Source of the DNA: Blastocladiella emersonii ATCC 22665
Taxonomy: Eukaryota > Fungi > Blastocladiomycota
Direction of reading: 5' to 3'
Assembly (NCBI GenBank): GCA_025594325.1
Contig: JANHCV010000001.1
Location: 2,356,001 to 2,420,000, forward strand
DNA length: 64,000 nt
A program made the translations under genes and the position numbers. Under the pieces are notes generated by a model. That model ran no database searches and was not told the origin of the DNA. It saw only the letters and a program-made list of their open reading frames with translations. Shown one piece after another: positions 11,708 through 23,000 of the stretch; the first letter of the stretch is position 1; every line of letters starts with the position of its first letter.

Positions 11708-12769
11708 TTACTTGGTGGCGGCCTGGAGGGCGGTGTACACCTCGACCTCGACCTTGGCCTCAGCGATGGCCTCGGCGTCCTTGGCGGAGCCGGCCTTGCG
11801 GTTGGCCTCCTCGAGACCGGCGCGGATGGCCTAGACACGCGCGAGGGCGGAGTGAGCATCGCGTGGACGAGAAGAGAGTAGACCGAGAGTGAAGCCGTAC
11901 CTCCTTGTCGAACGAGTCGAGGGGGAAGGCCTCGACGGCGTTGATGTTGAGCGACGAGTCGGGGTGGACAACGGCGAAGCCGCCCGAGACTAGACGCACA
12001 GGTCAGTCAGCAAACCTGCTGACGCGTGTCGGTGCGAGCAGCGCGTACCGAAGAACTTGTTCTTTTTGCCGTCCTTCTCAATGACCTCGACGACACCGGG
12101 CTTGAGCTGCTCGATGATGGGGACGTGGTTGGCGAGGATACCAATGTCGCCGTTGGCGCCCGACAGGTTGACCTGCTGGACCTCCTTCTTGGTGTACAGG
12201 GCCTGCGGAGAGGGGAGGGGAGGGGTGGGTTAGATCGACGTGATCCACGACGGGTCCGCAACGGCGGCAGCGGCGGCGGTGCGGGCATGGGGCAGGCGGG
12301 CGCAACCATGTCGCGCGGCCTCGGGTACAAGCAGGCGGAGCGAGCAGCGGGTCGGCGATCGATAAGCGAGGGCGGCGACGCGACGTGGTACGAGTCGGCG
12401 GTCGCGGTCAAGCGGATCCGAAGCACGTAGGCACGCCCACGGCGATCTCGCCGACACATGGTCCGCGCGAGCACATGCGACGCAGGTCGGCAGCATGGTT
12501 CCCAGCGCGGGTAGTCGCAGATCAGCCCTCTGCTCGCTCTGCAGCGCCGCGAAACTTGCCCGGCGCGACATGGTTGCGCCCACCCCACACCCACACACCC
12601 CACACACCGCGCGTGCGCGTTGGTTGCAGCATGTGCGGGCGGGCAGCGCACACACCTGGTGGGGCATGACCAGGTTGAGGGTCAGCTTGTTGGCCGTGGC
12701 GGCAGCCTCAGTGGCGTAGGCGCGGCGGGCGACGGTGCGCAGGACGGAGGCGGTGGCGGAGCGGAACAT
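11708..12769 (-). CDS. ATP16: Mitochondrial F1 ATP synthase subunit delta; introns 11831-11900, 11990-12048, 12203-12655
   Basis: Presequence MFRSATASVLRTVARRAYA, KLTLNLVMPHQ|ALY, QVNLSGANGDIGILANHVPIIEQLKPGVVEV, VSGGFAVVHPDSSLNINAVEAFPLDSFD. Confidence 0.96.
12276..12610 (-). other. Long intramolecular RNA stem inside ATP16 intron 1
   Basis: Perfect 19-bp inverted repeat 12298-12316/12563-12581, perfect 10-bp 12338-12347/12530-12539, plus outer arms that pair only with G-U on the minus (transcribed) strand. Confidence 0.7.
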
Positions 12770-13115
12770 GGTAGCGGCGCGTGCGTGCGTGCGGTCGGTG
12801 CGTTGCGAGGCGGGCGAGGCGACGAGGGTGTAGCAAGGGCCGGCTCGTTCGCGGCGACGGCGACGGCCGCTGCGAGGCTGCGAGCGAGCAAGGGCCGAAA
12901 ATCGCTGTGTTGAGCTGCAGGGTGATGACACATGACCCGCCTGCCACCCCGCTCGGCGCGTCCCGAACGCGTCTTCGTCGCTGGCGTCGTGCCCGAGTCC
13001 CTCGTAGCACGATCCTGCCACAAGTACGCAGATATGACAAGGGGTTAATGTATAGACAAAGACTCGTTCACCAAAAAGCCCGACCGACGACCCGCCCGCC
13101 CGCCCTGCGCGGACC

Positions 13116-14651
13116 TCAGATCTTGACGTCCGACATGCTCGTATCAATGTTGGGCAGCCGGAGAAACACGTCGCACCCGTGCCCGTACAGGCTGACCATG
13201 CGGAGCGACCCGCCAAAGTACCGCGCGTAGACGGAAGCCGTGCCGAGCCCGTACCCGAGCCCGGCGATCGGCCCGCCGATCCCCTGCTGCATCATGGCCT
13301 CGGCCGAGTACCCGAGCATGTCGCCGGGGTCGGACCCGGACGCCGTGTCGAGGGCGGCGTTCGGGTCGCGCTTCTTGACCGTCGTGTACGCGTACTCGAA
13401 GATCTTCTGCAGGCTGTCATACGGCACGCCGCCGCCCTCGTCGCGGATCCGCAGCACCACGTCCTGCGGCGACTTGGCCACCGTGAGCCGGATCGCGGGT
13501 AACGGCACATTCGAGTTGGCAGCGCCGGCCAGCAGACCCCCGCCACCGCCGGTCCCGTGCTGGCCGGCGCCGAGCCGCGACTCGACCGTTGCGCGGATGC
13601 TGTTTTTCAGGAGCTCGGCGAGGATGTACTCGATGTGGACGGGGATGTACGCGAGCGTCTCGTCGACCATGCCGTCAATCACGAGCTCGGTCGCCACGCC
13701 GTAGTGGAACTCGGCCACCTCGCTCACGTAGTCGAAGACCTGGCGCGCGACGCGTGCCGGCGATAGCTGCGTGTTGACGATGCCGATGAACGACGGGTGC
13801 GGCGTGTGCAGGGCGAGGTGGTGTTCGGCTACACTTGGTGGTGGTGCGGCGCTCAGTCAGTCAGCCCGGAACCACGTCGTTCCCGCGCAACCCGTACCCA
13901 GCACGCGCACGCCGATGCGAGCCATGATCAGGCGGTCGAGGAACGCGCCAATATCGGCGGCGGGCATGTACTTGCGGCACTCGAGGAACCCCTGGCTGAC
14001 GGTCGGGATCACGTCCGTGTGGGCGTCGACGAGGCTCGCGAGCATCGAGCTGTACTCGGTCTCGTCGGCCGCCGTCTCGATGGGCCGGAACCCCATGAGC
14101 TTGTCGAGCGACTCGAGGTAGAGATTGTACGTCTGCTGGATGTGCGGGTTGATCCCGACAATGAACGGCAGCTCCTCGAACGCCTTGCACCGCCGTGCGA
14201 GACGGACGGGCAGCTCGGCCTGCAGGAACTGCGCGTTGCGCACCAGCGCCTGTACGTGCGGCGGAACGTCGGTCCCCGCTCCCGCCACGGGCGCCGCAGG
14301 CTTCTCGGGCGGCGGCATCGCGGCGCGCCCGATGCGCAGCAGCTCGGGCAGCGTCACGGGCGTCAGCTGCCGGCGGCACAGCAGGTGCACGATGCCCTGG
14401 AGCCGCGTCACGTTGCCCGACGCCCCGCCGCCGATGGCGCCGCCCGACGGGTCGCCGAGCGCGCTCAGGTTGGCGTCGTCGAAGCCGTGGTTGGTCGCCG
14501 CGGGTTCGGTCGCCGAGGCGCGGCGGAGGCCCGAGTGCCAGCACGCCCGGGGCACGGCGGTGCGCGTGGCGGAAGCGACGCGCAGCAGGGACACGGGACG
14601 GTGCAGCCGCGCGCCGAGGCGGAGGGCGCTGGATCGTGCATGGGTATACAT
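13116..14651 (-). CDS. Mitochondrial alpha-ketoacid dehydrogenase kinase (PDK/BCKDK family, Pkp2-like); intron 13829-13897
   Basis: LQAELPVRLARR, IGVRVLAEHHLAL, AELLKNSIRAT (N box), RIRDEGGG (G1), AGLGYGLGTASVYARYFGGSL (G2). Confidence 0.92.
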
Positions 14652-14886
14652 GGTTGCCGTTGCGCGCGGTTCGGAGTGCCGAGGGATGAGGGGAGAGAGG
14701 AAGGATGGGAGCCGCGGGCGGTCGTGAGAGCGGAACGGCAGCGCGGCTGCGGCGTGACGCCAAACGCGTGCGCGCCTGCATGACCCGCAGCTGCCGCCCT
14801 GCGCGACGCGGATTCGATCAAAAGTGGGTGTATTGTCGACCGATGGGGAAAATATGTACAGGTGGCCAGGTATCAAACAGAGCGTG

Positions 14887-15969
14887 CTACTCGGCAAACG
14901 CGACGAGTGCGTCGTAGTGCGCGCCGTGGTGCCAGAGGCGGACGAGGACGGGCTGCTCGCCGGGCCCTGGCGCGTACAGCGGGCACTGCGCCGGGTCGAC
15001 GGGGTTGACGGAGCCGTCCGTCTCGTAGACGTGGACGACCATGTTGGCGGCGCACGCGAGCGCGAGCAGCTCGACGTGGTTGGCAAACGTCTGTGCGCCG
15101 CCGCGCAGCTGCGACTTGCGCGCGAGGTACGCGTCAAAGTCCCCCTCGGCGAACGGCGCGAAATACTCGCGGTTCTCAGCCAGGAACACCATGGCGACCT
15201 GGTGCATGGTCTCGGCCGAGTGGCCCAGCACCGTGCCGACCGCGTGGTACAGGCACGCGCCGTCCGACGGCGACGCGACCACGGCCAGCCCGTTCGTCAG
15301 CATCGCCTCCTCGAACTCGAGCTCCTTGGCCTCCACGTCCGGGTCCGCCCAGTACGCCAGAGCCTGGCTCTCGCCGTCACGCAGGCTGCCCGCCAACGAC
15401 CCGTCGGCTGAGGAGCCCGCGCCAAAGCTGTCGCCGCGCCCGTACTGGCTGTTGAGGCTCGACCCGCTCCCGCCGCCCGTCGTGCCGCGAGCGAGGCGGT
15501 CCACGGCCTTGTGGCGCATGAGGCGGGCACCGCCGCCGCTGCCGCTGCCGCTGCCGGGGGTCTCCCACTTGCCCATCACAAAGTTGGGGCTGCCGCCGAA
15601 CGGCGAGAAGCGGTTGCCCTGGTGTGGGCTGTTGCCGCCGAACGGGGAGAAGCCGTGCGGGCTGTTACCCGCGTAGGGCGAGAAGTTTCCCGCATACCCC
15701 GAGGCCGTGGCCGCAGCGGTGCGGACCGGCGTGGCCACGGGCGTCGACCGCTGCTGCGACGGGCCGGCGCGGTGCGAGTACTCGCCCAGCGTGCCGTTAA
15801 GCCACTGCACGACGCGAGGGTCCGAGAGGTCTGAGCCGGTGGGGGCGGTGCGAGGTTCCGTCGATGCAGCGGCCGCGGTGGGTGCAGCAGCGGGAACGGC
15901 GCCCGGTCCGTTGCCGTTCTGGAGCAGGGCCGCGCTCAGGAGCGAAGTCTTCTTGGTCGTCGTTGACAT
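14887..15969 (-). CDS. OTU-family deubiquitinase (OTUD5-like), single exon
   Basis: Cys loop SDGACLYHAV, NHVELLAL, His loop HYDAL; S/G-rich disordered N-terminus. Confidence 0.85.
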   Translation of the reverse strand: MSTTTKKTSLLSAALLQNGNGPGAVPAAAPTAAAASTEPRTAPTGSDLSDPRVVQWLNGTLGEYSHRAGPSQQRSTPVATPVRTAAATASGYAGNFSPYAGNSPHGFSPFGGNSPHQGNRFSPFGGSPNFVMGKWETPGSGSGSGGGARLMRHKAVDRLARGTTGGGSGSSLNSQYGRGDSFGAGSSADGSLAGSLRDGESQALAYWADPDVEAKELEFEEAMLTNGLAVVASPSDGACLYHAVGTVLGHSAETMHQVAMVFLAENREYFAPFAEGDFDAYLARKSQLRGGAQTFANHVELLALACAANMVVHVYETDGSVNPVDPAQCPLYAPGPGEQPVLVRLWHHGAHYDALVAFAE

Positions 15970-16119
15970 TGCAATGTGTGCGATAGTTCGTTGCGTTGCG
16001 AGTTCTAGGGAGAGCAAGCGCGCACTCGACGAGCGAGGATTCACGGGCCCGAGCGAACGGGTGGCTCAGCACGAGATGACTGGTGGCGGAGGCGCGTGCA
16101 TTTATCACGTGGGGCGTGC

Positions 16120-16136
16120 GAGACGCGTTGCGCCGA
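16120..16136 (+). promoter_or_regulatory. Shared promoter motif GAGACGCGTTGCGCCGA (OTU/NIPSNAP divergent promoter)
   Basis: Identical 17-mer at 7068-7084. Confidence 0.55.
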
Positions 16137-16385
16137 TCCTTTTTCGGGTGGGTTGCCGTTGCACTTGCCTGGCTGGTTCAACCTGGCGTGAAAGCCGGGC
16201 GCGGGCGAACAAACGCGAAAGCAAGTCGTGGCCATGTGGCCCGGGCAGCAATTTCGCGCGTCGTGCGCAGCAGCACCGGCCGGCGAACGAACGAATAGGG
16301 ACCGCTGCCGCGTCGACGGAGCGTTCGCTCGACCTCGCTCCTCCTCCTCCCGGCTTCCATTGCACACACACAAGACGAAATCACC

Positions 16386-17511
16386 ATGCAATCGACCATG
16401 CTCGCCCTGCGCCGCCATCTCACGGCCGGTACACCGCGCTCGCTGTCGTCGTGGTCGGCGACGCGTCCGCTCCTCGCGCCGGCGACGCGCGCCACGGCCA
16501 TGCTCAGCCACCTGCTGCACGGCAACGAGGAGGTGCGCGCCGAGGTCGAGCGCACCCACTCGGTCCAGCTCGCGCACGACCAGAGCGCGACGCAGTTCCA
16601 GTGTACGCGTTTCTGCTGCGGGGTTGGCGTTCATGACGTGGACTGACACGAGCGAGAGCGTGCAGTCCACCACCTCAAGCCCGGCACCGCCGACGAGTAC
16701 GTCAAGCACTGGACCGAGTACGCGGCGCGCCGCCGCGAGCAGTCGCCGCCCTACTCGTTCCACGCGAGCTTCATCACGCTGATTGGGAACCTCGACACTG
16801 TTGGTACGGCTTCTCGCTGCCTCCACTCCGACCTCCATCCAACTCACGCCACCACGCCGTAGTCCACATCACCACGTACCCGTCGTACCAGGCCCTCGAG
16901 ACGGCGCTGCTGCAGGAAATGGACACGGCCGACGCGGCGCTGACGCGTGCCCTGACGTCCTCGGTCGAGAAGCGCACGAGCCACGTGTGCCGCGAGTTTG
17001 CCTTCTGGCTGCCCGAGGACGTCGAGCCGTCGGCCCACGGCATCTACGAGCTTCGGTCGTACCTGCTGCGCCCGGGTAAGCTCCTCGAGTGGGGCCAGGA
17101 GTGGTGCGTGTTGGAGGGGAGGTAGTGTGGGCCGGATCGGACACTAACGCGAAAGTGTAGGCGCAAGGGCGTCGAGGCGCGGCGCAACTACTGCACCCCG
17201 ATCGGCGCGTGGTTCTCGCAGCTCGGCGAGCTCAACCGCGTTCACCACCTGTGGTTCTACCAGTACGTGTGCATATCACCGTGCGACGCGTCGTGGCGGC
17301 GGTGCACTCACTGCTGGATCGCACAGGAACCTCGAGGAGCGCCGCATCTCGCGCGAGCGCGCCTGGGAGCTCAACGCCTGGGCCAACGCGGTCACTCGCA
17401 CCGGTACGTTTCGCGGGTCTGTGCCAAGAGGCTCTGAACTTACTGCTCGTACACGGTCTAGTCCCGCTCCTCGACCACCTTGAGACGTCGATTCTCCGCC
17501 GCATCGGGTAG
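16386..17511 (+). CDS. NIPSNAP family mitochondrial protein; 6 exons
   Basis: GIYELRSYLLRPGKLLEWGQEW, GAWFSQLGELNRVHHLWFYQNLEERRISRERAW; five canonical introns keep frame. Confidence 0.92.
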
Positions 17512-17835
17512 ACGGCCGCGGCGCACGTCGGGTGAACACCAGCAGCAAGGCAAGACAAGCAGCAGAGCAGCAGATCATCAAGTTGTACATATTTTCTCTC
17601 ACACCGCGTGGTGGAGAAGTGAAGTGAAAGTGGCGAGTCGCGTCGCGTTTCAAGCTGAACACGCTTTTTTTCTCCAGCCACGATTCACGGGCAGCAACGG
17701 GTCAGGTGATGGCAGCTGGCCTCAGTCGCGCGCGCGCGCCACCTCGCGACAGCCGGCCAGCGATGGGATCGCGTCGCGAGAACGCCACTCCCTCAACCCG
17801 CCACGTCCATGTAACTCCACACGCACACACACGCC

Positions 17836-18764
17836 ATGACAAAACAGCGCAAGAAGATTACCCGCAAACCGCCCACAACGACGAGCGCGGCGCTCCTCGC
17901 GTCCGAGTCGAACGCGTCCCCGGCAGCGGCTTCCGCAGCGGCGGCCGGCGTCCCTGCGCCGTTTGTGATCCCGCAAACGTCGTCGGTCCCCGCGTTCAAG
18001 CCGGCGATTGCGCCGCTGGCGCCCAACACGAGCTGTACGCGGTGACGGGAGGCTTGTGACGGGAGCGCGCTGACGCGATGACGCGCGCGCGGTGTAGTGC
18101 TGTCGCGGCTCGAGTCGTTCCTGCCGCAGATGCAGAGGGCGAACCAGGAGCTGCAGTCGGCGATCCTGACGCAGGGCCGTGCGGCGTTTGACCTCGAGAC
18201 GGTGACGCCTGGGCAGGACCGCGTGATTCAGATGGTGCGTCGCTGTGCGCGCTCTGCCGGTTGTATGAACCGTTGGTTGACGCGCCAGGTGCCCGCATGT
18301 AGAAACTTGGACTCGGTGTGTTCGAGGGGAAGCCCAACGCCGACGACGCGGCAACTTCCGCGGACGCGTCATCCTCTTCAACCGCAGAAGCGCTGCCGCC
18401 ACTGCGCATGCCCGGTGCACCAGCACACCCGGCGCGGCGGCCACGCGTGTCGGAGCTGTGCGGCGAGGTGGGCGCCATGGACGTGGACGATGAGCCCGAG
18501 GCGGAGGAGGAGCAGGACGACGCGTCGGCGCCGCCGGCGACGCTCGAGGAGATGGTGATGCAGTTCTACGGCGAGCCGCTGCTCCCCGTGTACGGCAACA
18601 GCGACTCGAGCGACGAGGAAGACGAGGAGGTGTCAGAGGGCGCGTCGGGAAGCGGCGACGGCGACTCGGAGATGGGCGAGGCGGGCGCGCGGCCCATGGT
18701 GGTCGAGATTCCGTCCTCGTCGTCGGCGTCGAGTGGGAGTGGTGGTGGCGGCAACGCAGAGTAG
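17836..18764 (+). CDS. DUF4598/NOPCHAP1-like protein; exons 17836-18034, 18098-18234, 18303-18764
   Basis: LLSRLESFLPQMQRANQEL...FDLETV...IQM|KLGLGVFE followed by an acidic tail. Confidence 0.8.
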
Positions 18765-18817
18765 CTAGGTAGCTGTACAAATCAAAATCGGTACATTGCA
18801 CACACGACGCGACGCGG

Positions 18818-19365
18818 TCATGGCTGACTCGACTCGACGAGGCGCACGCGCAGCTGGCGCTCGACCCACGCGGGGAGCATGTCGTTGGCCTCGTCGAGCG
18901 CGTACGAGACGAAGATCTGGTGGCCGGGGAGGCGCGTCGCTAAACGTGGGGAGAGGATGAGTGTGAGTGGTGGTCGGGCGGAAGGGTTGGGTGGAGGGGC
19001 GCGTACCGAGACGACGCGCGATGCCCTCGCCAATGGCCGAGACGGTGCCGCCAAGGAGCGTGGATGCGGACGTCGAGCTGGAACCCTACCAAGAGCGCGC
19101 GCGGGGTGAGGGCGCGTCGAGGGAGGAACAGCGCCGACGTAAGCCGTACCAGCTGCAGCGCGACCGAGAGGTTGGGCAGCGTCGCGTCGCCGGCAGTCGC
19201 GGTGCCGACCCAGATCCACAGGGTGCGGTCCATGCGCAGGATCGAGAAGCCGACGGGCTCGTCGAGGAACTTGGCGACGAAGCGGTCGACGGGGAACGGC
19301 GCGGGGCCCGCCTTGTCGGTGGTGGCGGCCGTGGTCGGCGCGGCGGTCGTCGCTGGCGCGGTCAT
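18818..19365 (-). CDS. Proteasome assembly chaperone 4 (PAC4/PSMG4)-like; introns 18940-19006, 19086-19149; alternative start 19395
   Basis: TLWIWVG, LPNLSVAL, STLLG, IASRLATRLPGHQIFVSYAL. Confidence 0.75.
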
Positions 19366-20034
19366 GGTTGCAGCAAGTTCGGGCGAGTGATTCATGGACG
19401 GGTGCGGGACGTGTGAGACAGAGATCGACGCGCGTGGTCGGCGTGGTGGGAGAAAGCCGCGACACGAGGTGATTGGGTGATGCGAGTGACAGGTCGCGGC
19501 GAGCTCTCCCCTGTGGGTCGCCGCCCTGGCTGGCTGCGCGCGCTCTGACCGGCTGGCGCGGCCGCGCAGATTTGCGAGCGCTGCTTCCCGGCACGCATCG
19601 CCCGCCCATCGCCCCGGAACCACACGCAATCCCGCGCCCGCGCCGCCCGATTTCGCCCCGCGCGCGTCTCCTGCCCCGCCCCAGCCGTCGTGTGTCATCG
19701 CCCTGCCGCGCCTGGGGGACACGCGCGCTTCCGTTCCCACCGCCCATCCATCCTGCCGCTGCGCCGCCATCGGCCCTCCTGCGCGCCGCGCCCCGCCCCC
19801 GCCGCCCCCCGCCGCTTGCCCTCGCCCTGCCGCTCGCGCGGCCCCCGCTTTTTCCCGCGCCCCGCCCAGTGTGCGCGCTGCCCGCGGCCCTCGATCGCGT
19901 GGCTCAGCTAGTCGGCCCTGGTACGCGCTCGCTCTCGGACCCGACCATCCTCGCGCGCGCTCACTCGCCATGGATCCCCTCACGCAGTATAGTACCTCCG
20001 CCCGCCCGCACCCGTGCCCACGGCCATCGCCGCC

Positions 20035-23000
20035 ATGGACCAGCCCAACCTCGCGCAGCTGTACCAGCAGCAGCAGCAGCGGCTCTTCGAGGCCCGCCAG
20101 CAGCAGCTCCAGCAGCAGCAGCAGATCCAGCTCCAGCAGCTCCAGCAGCACCAGGGCTCCATGAACCAGCAGCAACAGCCGCAACAGCAGCAGCAGCCGG
20201 CCTTCATCGTGCCCCAGCAGCAACAACAACAGCAGCAGCAGCAGCAGATGCAGGCCCAGCACCTCCAACAGCTCCAGCAGTTGCAGCAGGCCCAGCAGAT
20301 GCAGCAGCTGCAGCAGTTCCAACAGTTCCAACAGTTCCAGCTCCAGCAGCAGCAGAACCAGAACCAGAACCAGTCGCACCAGGGCCAGATCGCGCCCCAG
20401 CTGCAGCAGCAGCAGGGCCCTGGCCTCGTCCAGCCGATCCGCGCCGCCCAGTCGCAGCTGCCGCTCCAGCAGCCCGCGGGTCTCGGCGCCGCGGCCGTCG
20501 GCGGCGCGCCCGTGTCCATGGCCATGGCCTCCGGCGCGCCGTTCGCCGCCGTCATGGGCACGCCGGCCATGCAGGGGTTCCAGCAATCGCAGCCGCAGAT
20601 GCAGCCGCCCCAGCAGCAGCCGCAGCAGCCCGCGGTCGGCCCTGGACCCGGCACCGCCGGCGTCTTTGCGCCCACGGCCAACACCACGCCCGTGATGACG
20701 CCCGCCCAGCTCGCCATCAACACGGCCTCGCCCGTGTCCGTTACGGTCCCCGCCGTCGTCGAGCCCGCCGTCCCCGCCGAGACCCCCGGCACGAGTCCCG
20801 CCTCGGCCACGCCGGCGCCCGGCAGCGATCCATCGACGCCCGCGCCCGACGCGTCGTCTTCGACGACGCCGGCCGCCGCCGCCGCCGCCGCTACGAGCGG
20901 CAGCAAAAAGGCGCGCACCGGCTCGCACACGGGGGGCGTGTCGGCGGCGCAGGCTGCGGAGCGCGAGCTCATGGCGTCGGACCCGTTCTACGCGGACCTG
21001 ATCCCGCTGCTGCGCAAGAACAACGTCACGTTCCGGTCGTCCAACATGTGCGGCGTGCCACTCAACCACAAGGCTCTGTGGGACGCGGTCCAGGCGCTCG
21101 GCGGATGGGACCAGCTCAACTCGTCCAAGCACTGGCGCGAGATCGGCAACTCGCTCGGGTACCCGACCTCCAACTCCAACATCCCCTCGTTCCTCAAACG
21201 TCACTACCTCACCATGCTCCTCCCGCTCGAGGAGCTCCGCGGCATCCGACCGCCTGGCGCTGTCGGGTCCACCGCGCACCACGGTGCCGCTGGCGCCTCG
21301 GACGATGCGGACGCGGGAGGGGCCGCGGCGGGTGCCAACGGTGACGACGGCGGCGACAAGGCCAAGGCCACCGCCAAGCCGCGCGACCGGTCCAAGAAGG
21401 GCAAGGCCGCGCGCGAGCGGTCCGTGCGCATCAAGGAGGAGAAGGGCAAGGGCGCCGCCGCTGACCACGACGCACCGACCGCGTCGCCCCACCTCGCCGC
21501 TTCCGCAGACCACCGCGAGCGCAGCATGTCGCTCTCGCACCCGTCCGCCGCCGCCCTGCAGCAGCCGATCCAGCTCGCCATGGACGGTAACATTGCCGTC
21601 GGCGCGCCGCCGCCCGCCGCCGCCATGTTCCCCGCGGCCGGGTTCGCTGCCGGTGCACCGCTCGCACGGTCGTCGCCCGCGAGCTTCCCCGGCAACGCGG
21701 CCCAGCACCAGCAGCTGGCTCGTCCGTCGTATCCCGGCGAGATGGGTAAGGGCGGCGCCCTGAACCGCGTCACGAGTACCAGTTCTAACGGCAGGGTACG
21801 TTTTCGCCGTGCTTCGCGAGAAGTTTGCGAGCTCACCTTTCTCCCGTTGATTGTGTAGCCGCTCAGCCGCTCGACGTCGGAGCACGCGCTGTCGCAAGCC
21901 CTGCAGCCGCTCATCCCCGACGGCTTCAAGTTGCTCGGCGAGGACGCGGCGGAGCCGGCCGTCGAGTACCCCGACACCGTGTACGAGTACAAGCGGTTCA
22001 CGCCGCGCGTGTACGCGCGCGACAGCACGCTGGCGGGCGGCGTCGATCTGACGGCCATCGACAACTACCTGCGCGTGCTCCACGGCGGGCTCGACCGCAG
22101 CATCATCGAGCGGTGGCGGCACGCCGTGACGCGCACGCCGCAGATCATGCCGACGCTCGAGCGCGACATCCACGTCCTCGACCTCGGCATCCTCCAGTGC
22201 CAGCTCGCGTCCCGCCTCACTCACGAAATGACCGCCGCGCTCAACATGCTCCTCGTCATGTCCGTCAACGAGGCCGTCAACCTGCCCCTTCGCGAGTGCA
22301 CGTCGCTCGTCCGCACGCTCTGTGGGGTCATTGCGCGCGACCTCGACGCGCTCGAGAAGGTGCTCGAGTCGCCCGACGTCGCGGATCGCGGCGACGCGGC
22401 GGCGGTGGCGGCGAGTAAGTGCGCCGTGCCAAATCGCGACGAGGACGTCGAGGACGACGTGCTCCTCGAGCTCCTCGCGCCGCACGAGCCCGAGCGCGCA
22501 GCCGCGATGGCGCCCGGGTACACGGCGCTACTCCTCGAGCGCGTGCACACGGCGACGCTGATCCTGCGCAACTGGAGCTTCCAGAACGACGCGATCCCGA
22601 CGCTCGGCAGCCAGCGGCGCGTGCACCAGGCCGTGCACCGCGTCACGGGCGTGTTCCTGCGCATCGCGCGCACCGTCGCCGACCCGCACCACCCGTTCTT
22701 GACGCCGCTACGCCCCGCGGGCGCCGCCGCCTGGGTCTCGCCGCTCCTCCGCACCCAGCCCGTCCTCGACACCACGGCCAACGTGCTCCACCACATGCTC
22801 GTGATCTTGTCCAACACGTCCATGTACCTCGACTTTGCGCAGGTCGACCCCGCCGAAGTCGAGCCCATGCTCGCCGCGGTCGGCGACCTGTGCACCTTCT
22901 TCATCGGGTGGCACCACCACTGGCGCCCGCGCATCACGGCCGCTGTCGCGGACCACCTCGGTCCCGCGGACGACGCGAACGCCGACTACCTCGCCATGGC

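Noticed and set aside
12203-12655. ATP16 intron as SRP RNA, RNase P/MRP RNA, C/D snoRNA or TPP riboswitch
   Set aside because: I found no complete SRP helix-8 motif, P4 boxes, C/D boxes or TPP aptamer core by eye; kept only as a structured intron pending an Rfam search.
11708-17511. Cluster of mitochondrial genes (ATP16, PDK-like, NIPSNAP)
   Set aside because: Three such genes within 6 kb, interrupted by an OTU gene, is compatible with chance in a dense genome.
16252-19858. E2F/SCB-like sites TTTCGCGC (16252) and TTTCCCGC (19851)
   Set aside because: Short, CG-rich and also found in introns and 3' regions; not distinguishable from background without a genome-wide test.
19980-20972. Cys-rich minus-strand ORFs (also 56499-57383) as metallothionein- or toxin-like proteins
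   Set aside because: They are the reverse complement of CAG/CAA polyQ tracts (TGC/TGT).
18940-22485. Very long antisense or alternate-frame ORFs (18940-22485 minus 1181 aa, 9172-11859 minus, 4355-6511 plus, 27599-29557 minus and others)
   Set aside because: Shadow ORFs caused by high GC at third positions opposite real genes; R/G/A-rich translations with no motifs.
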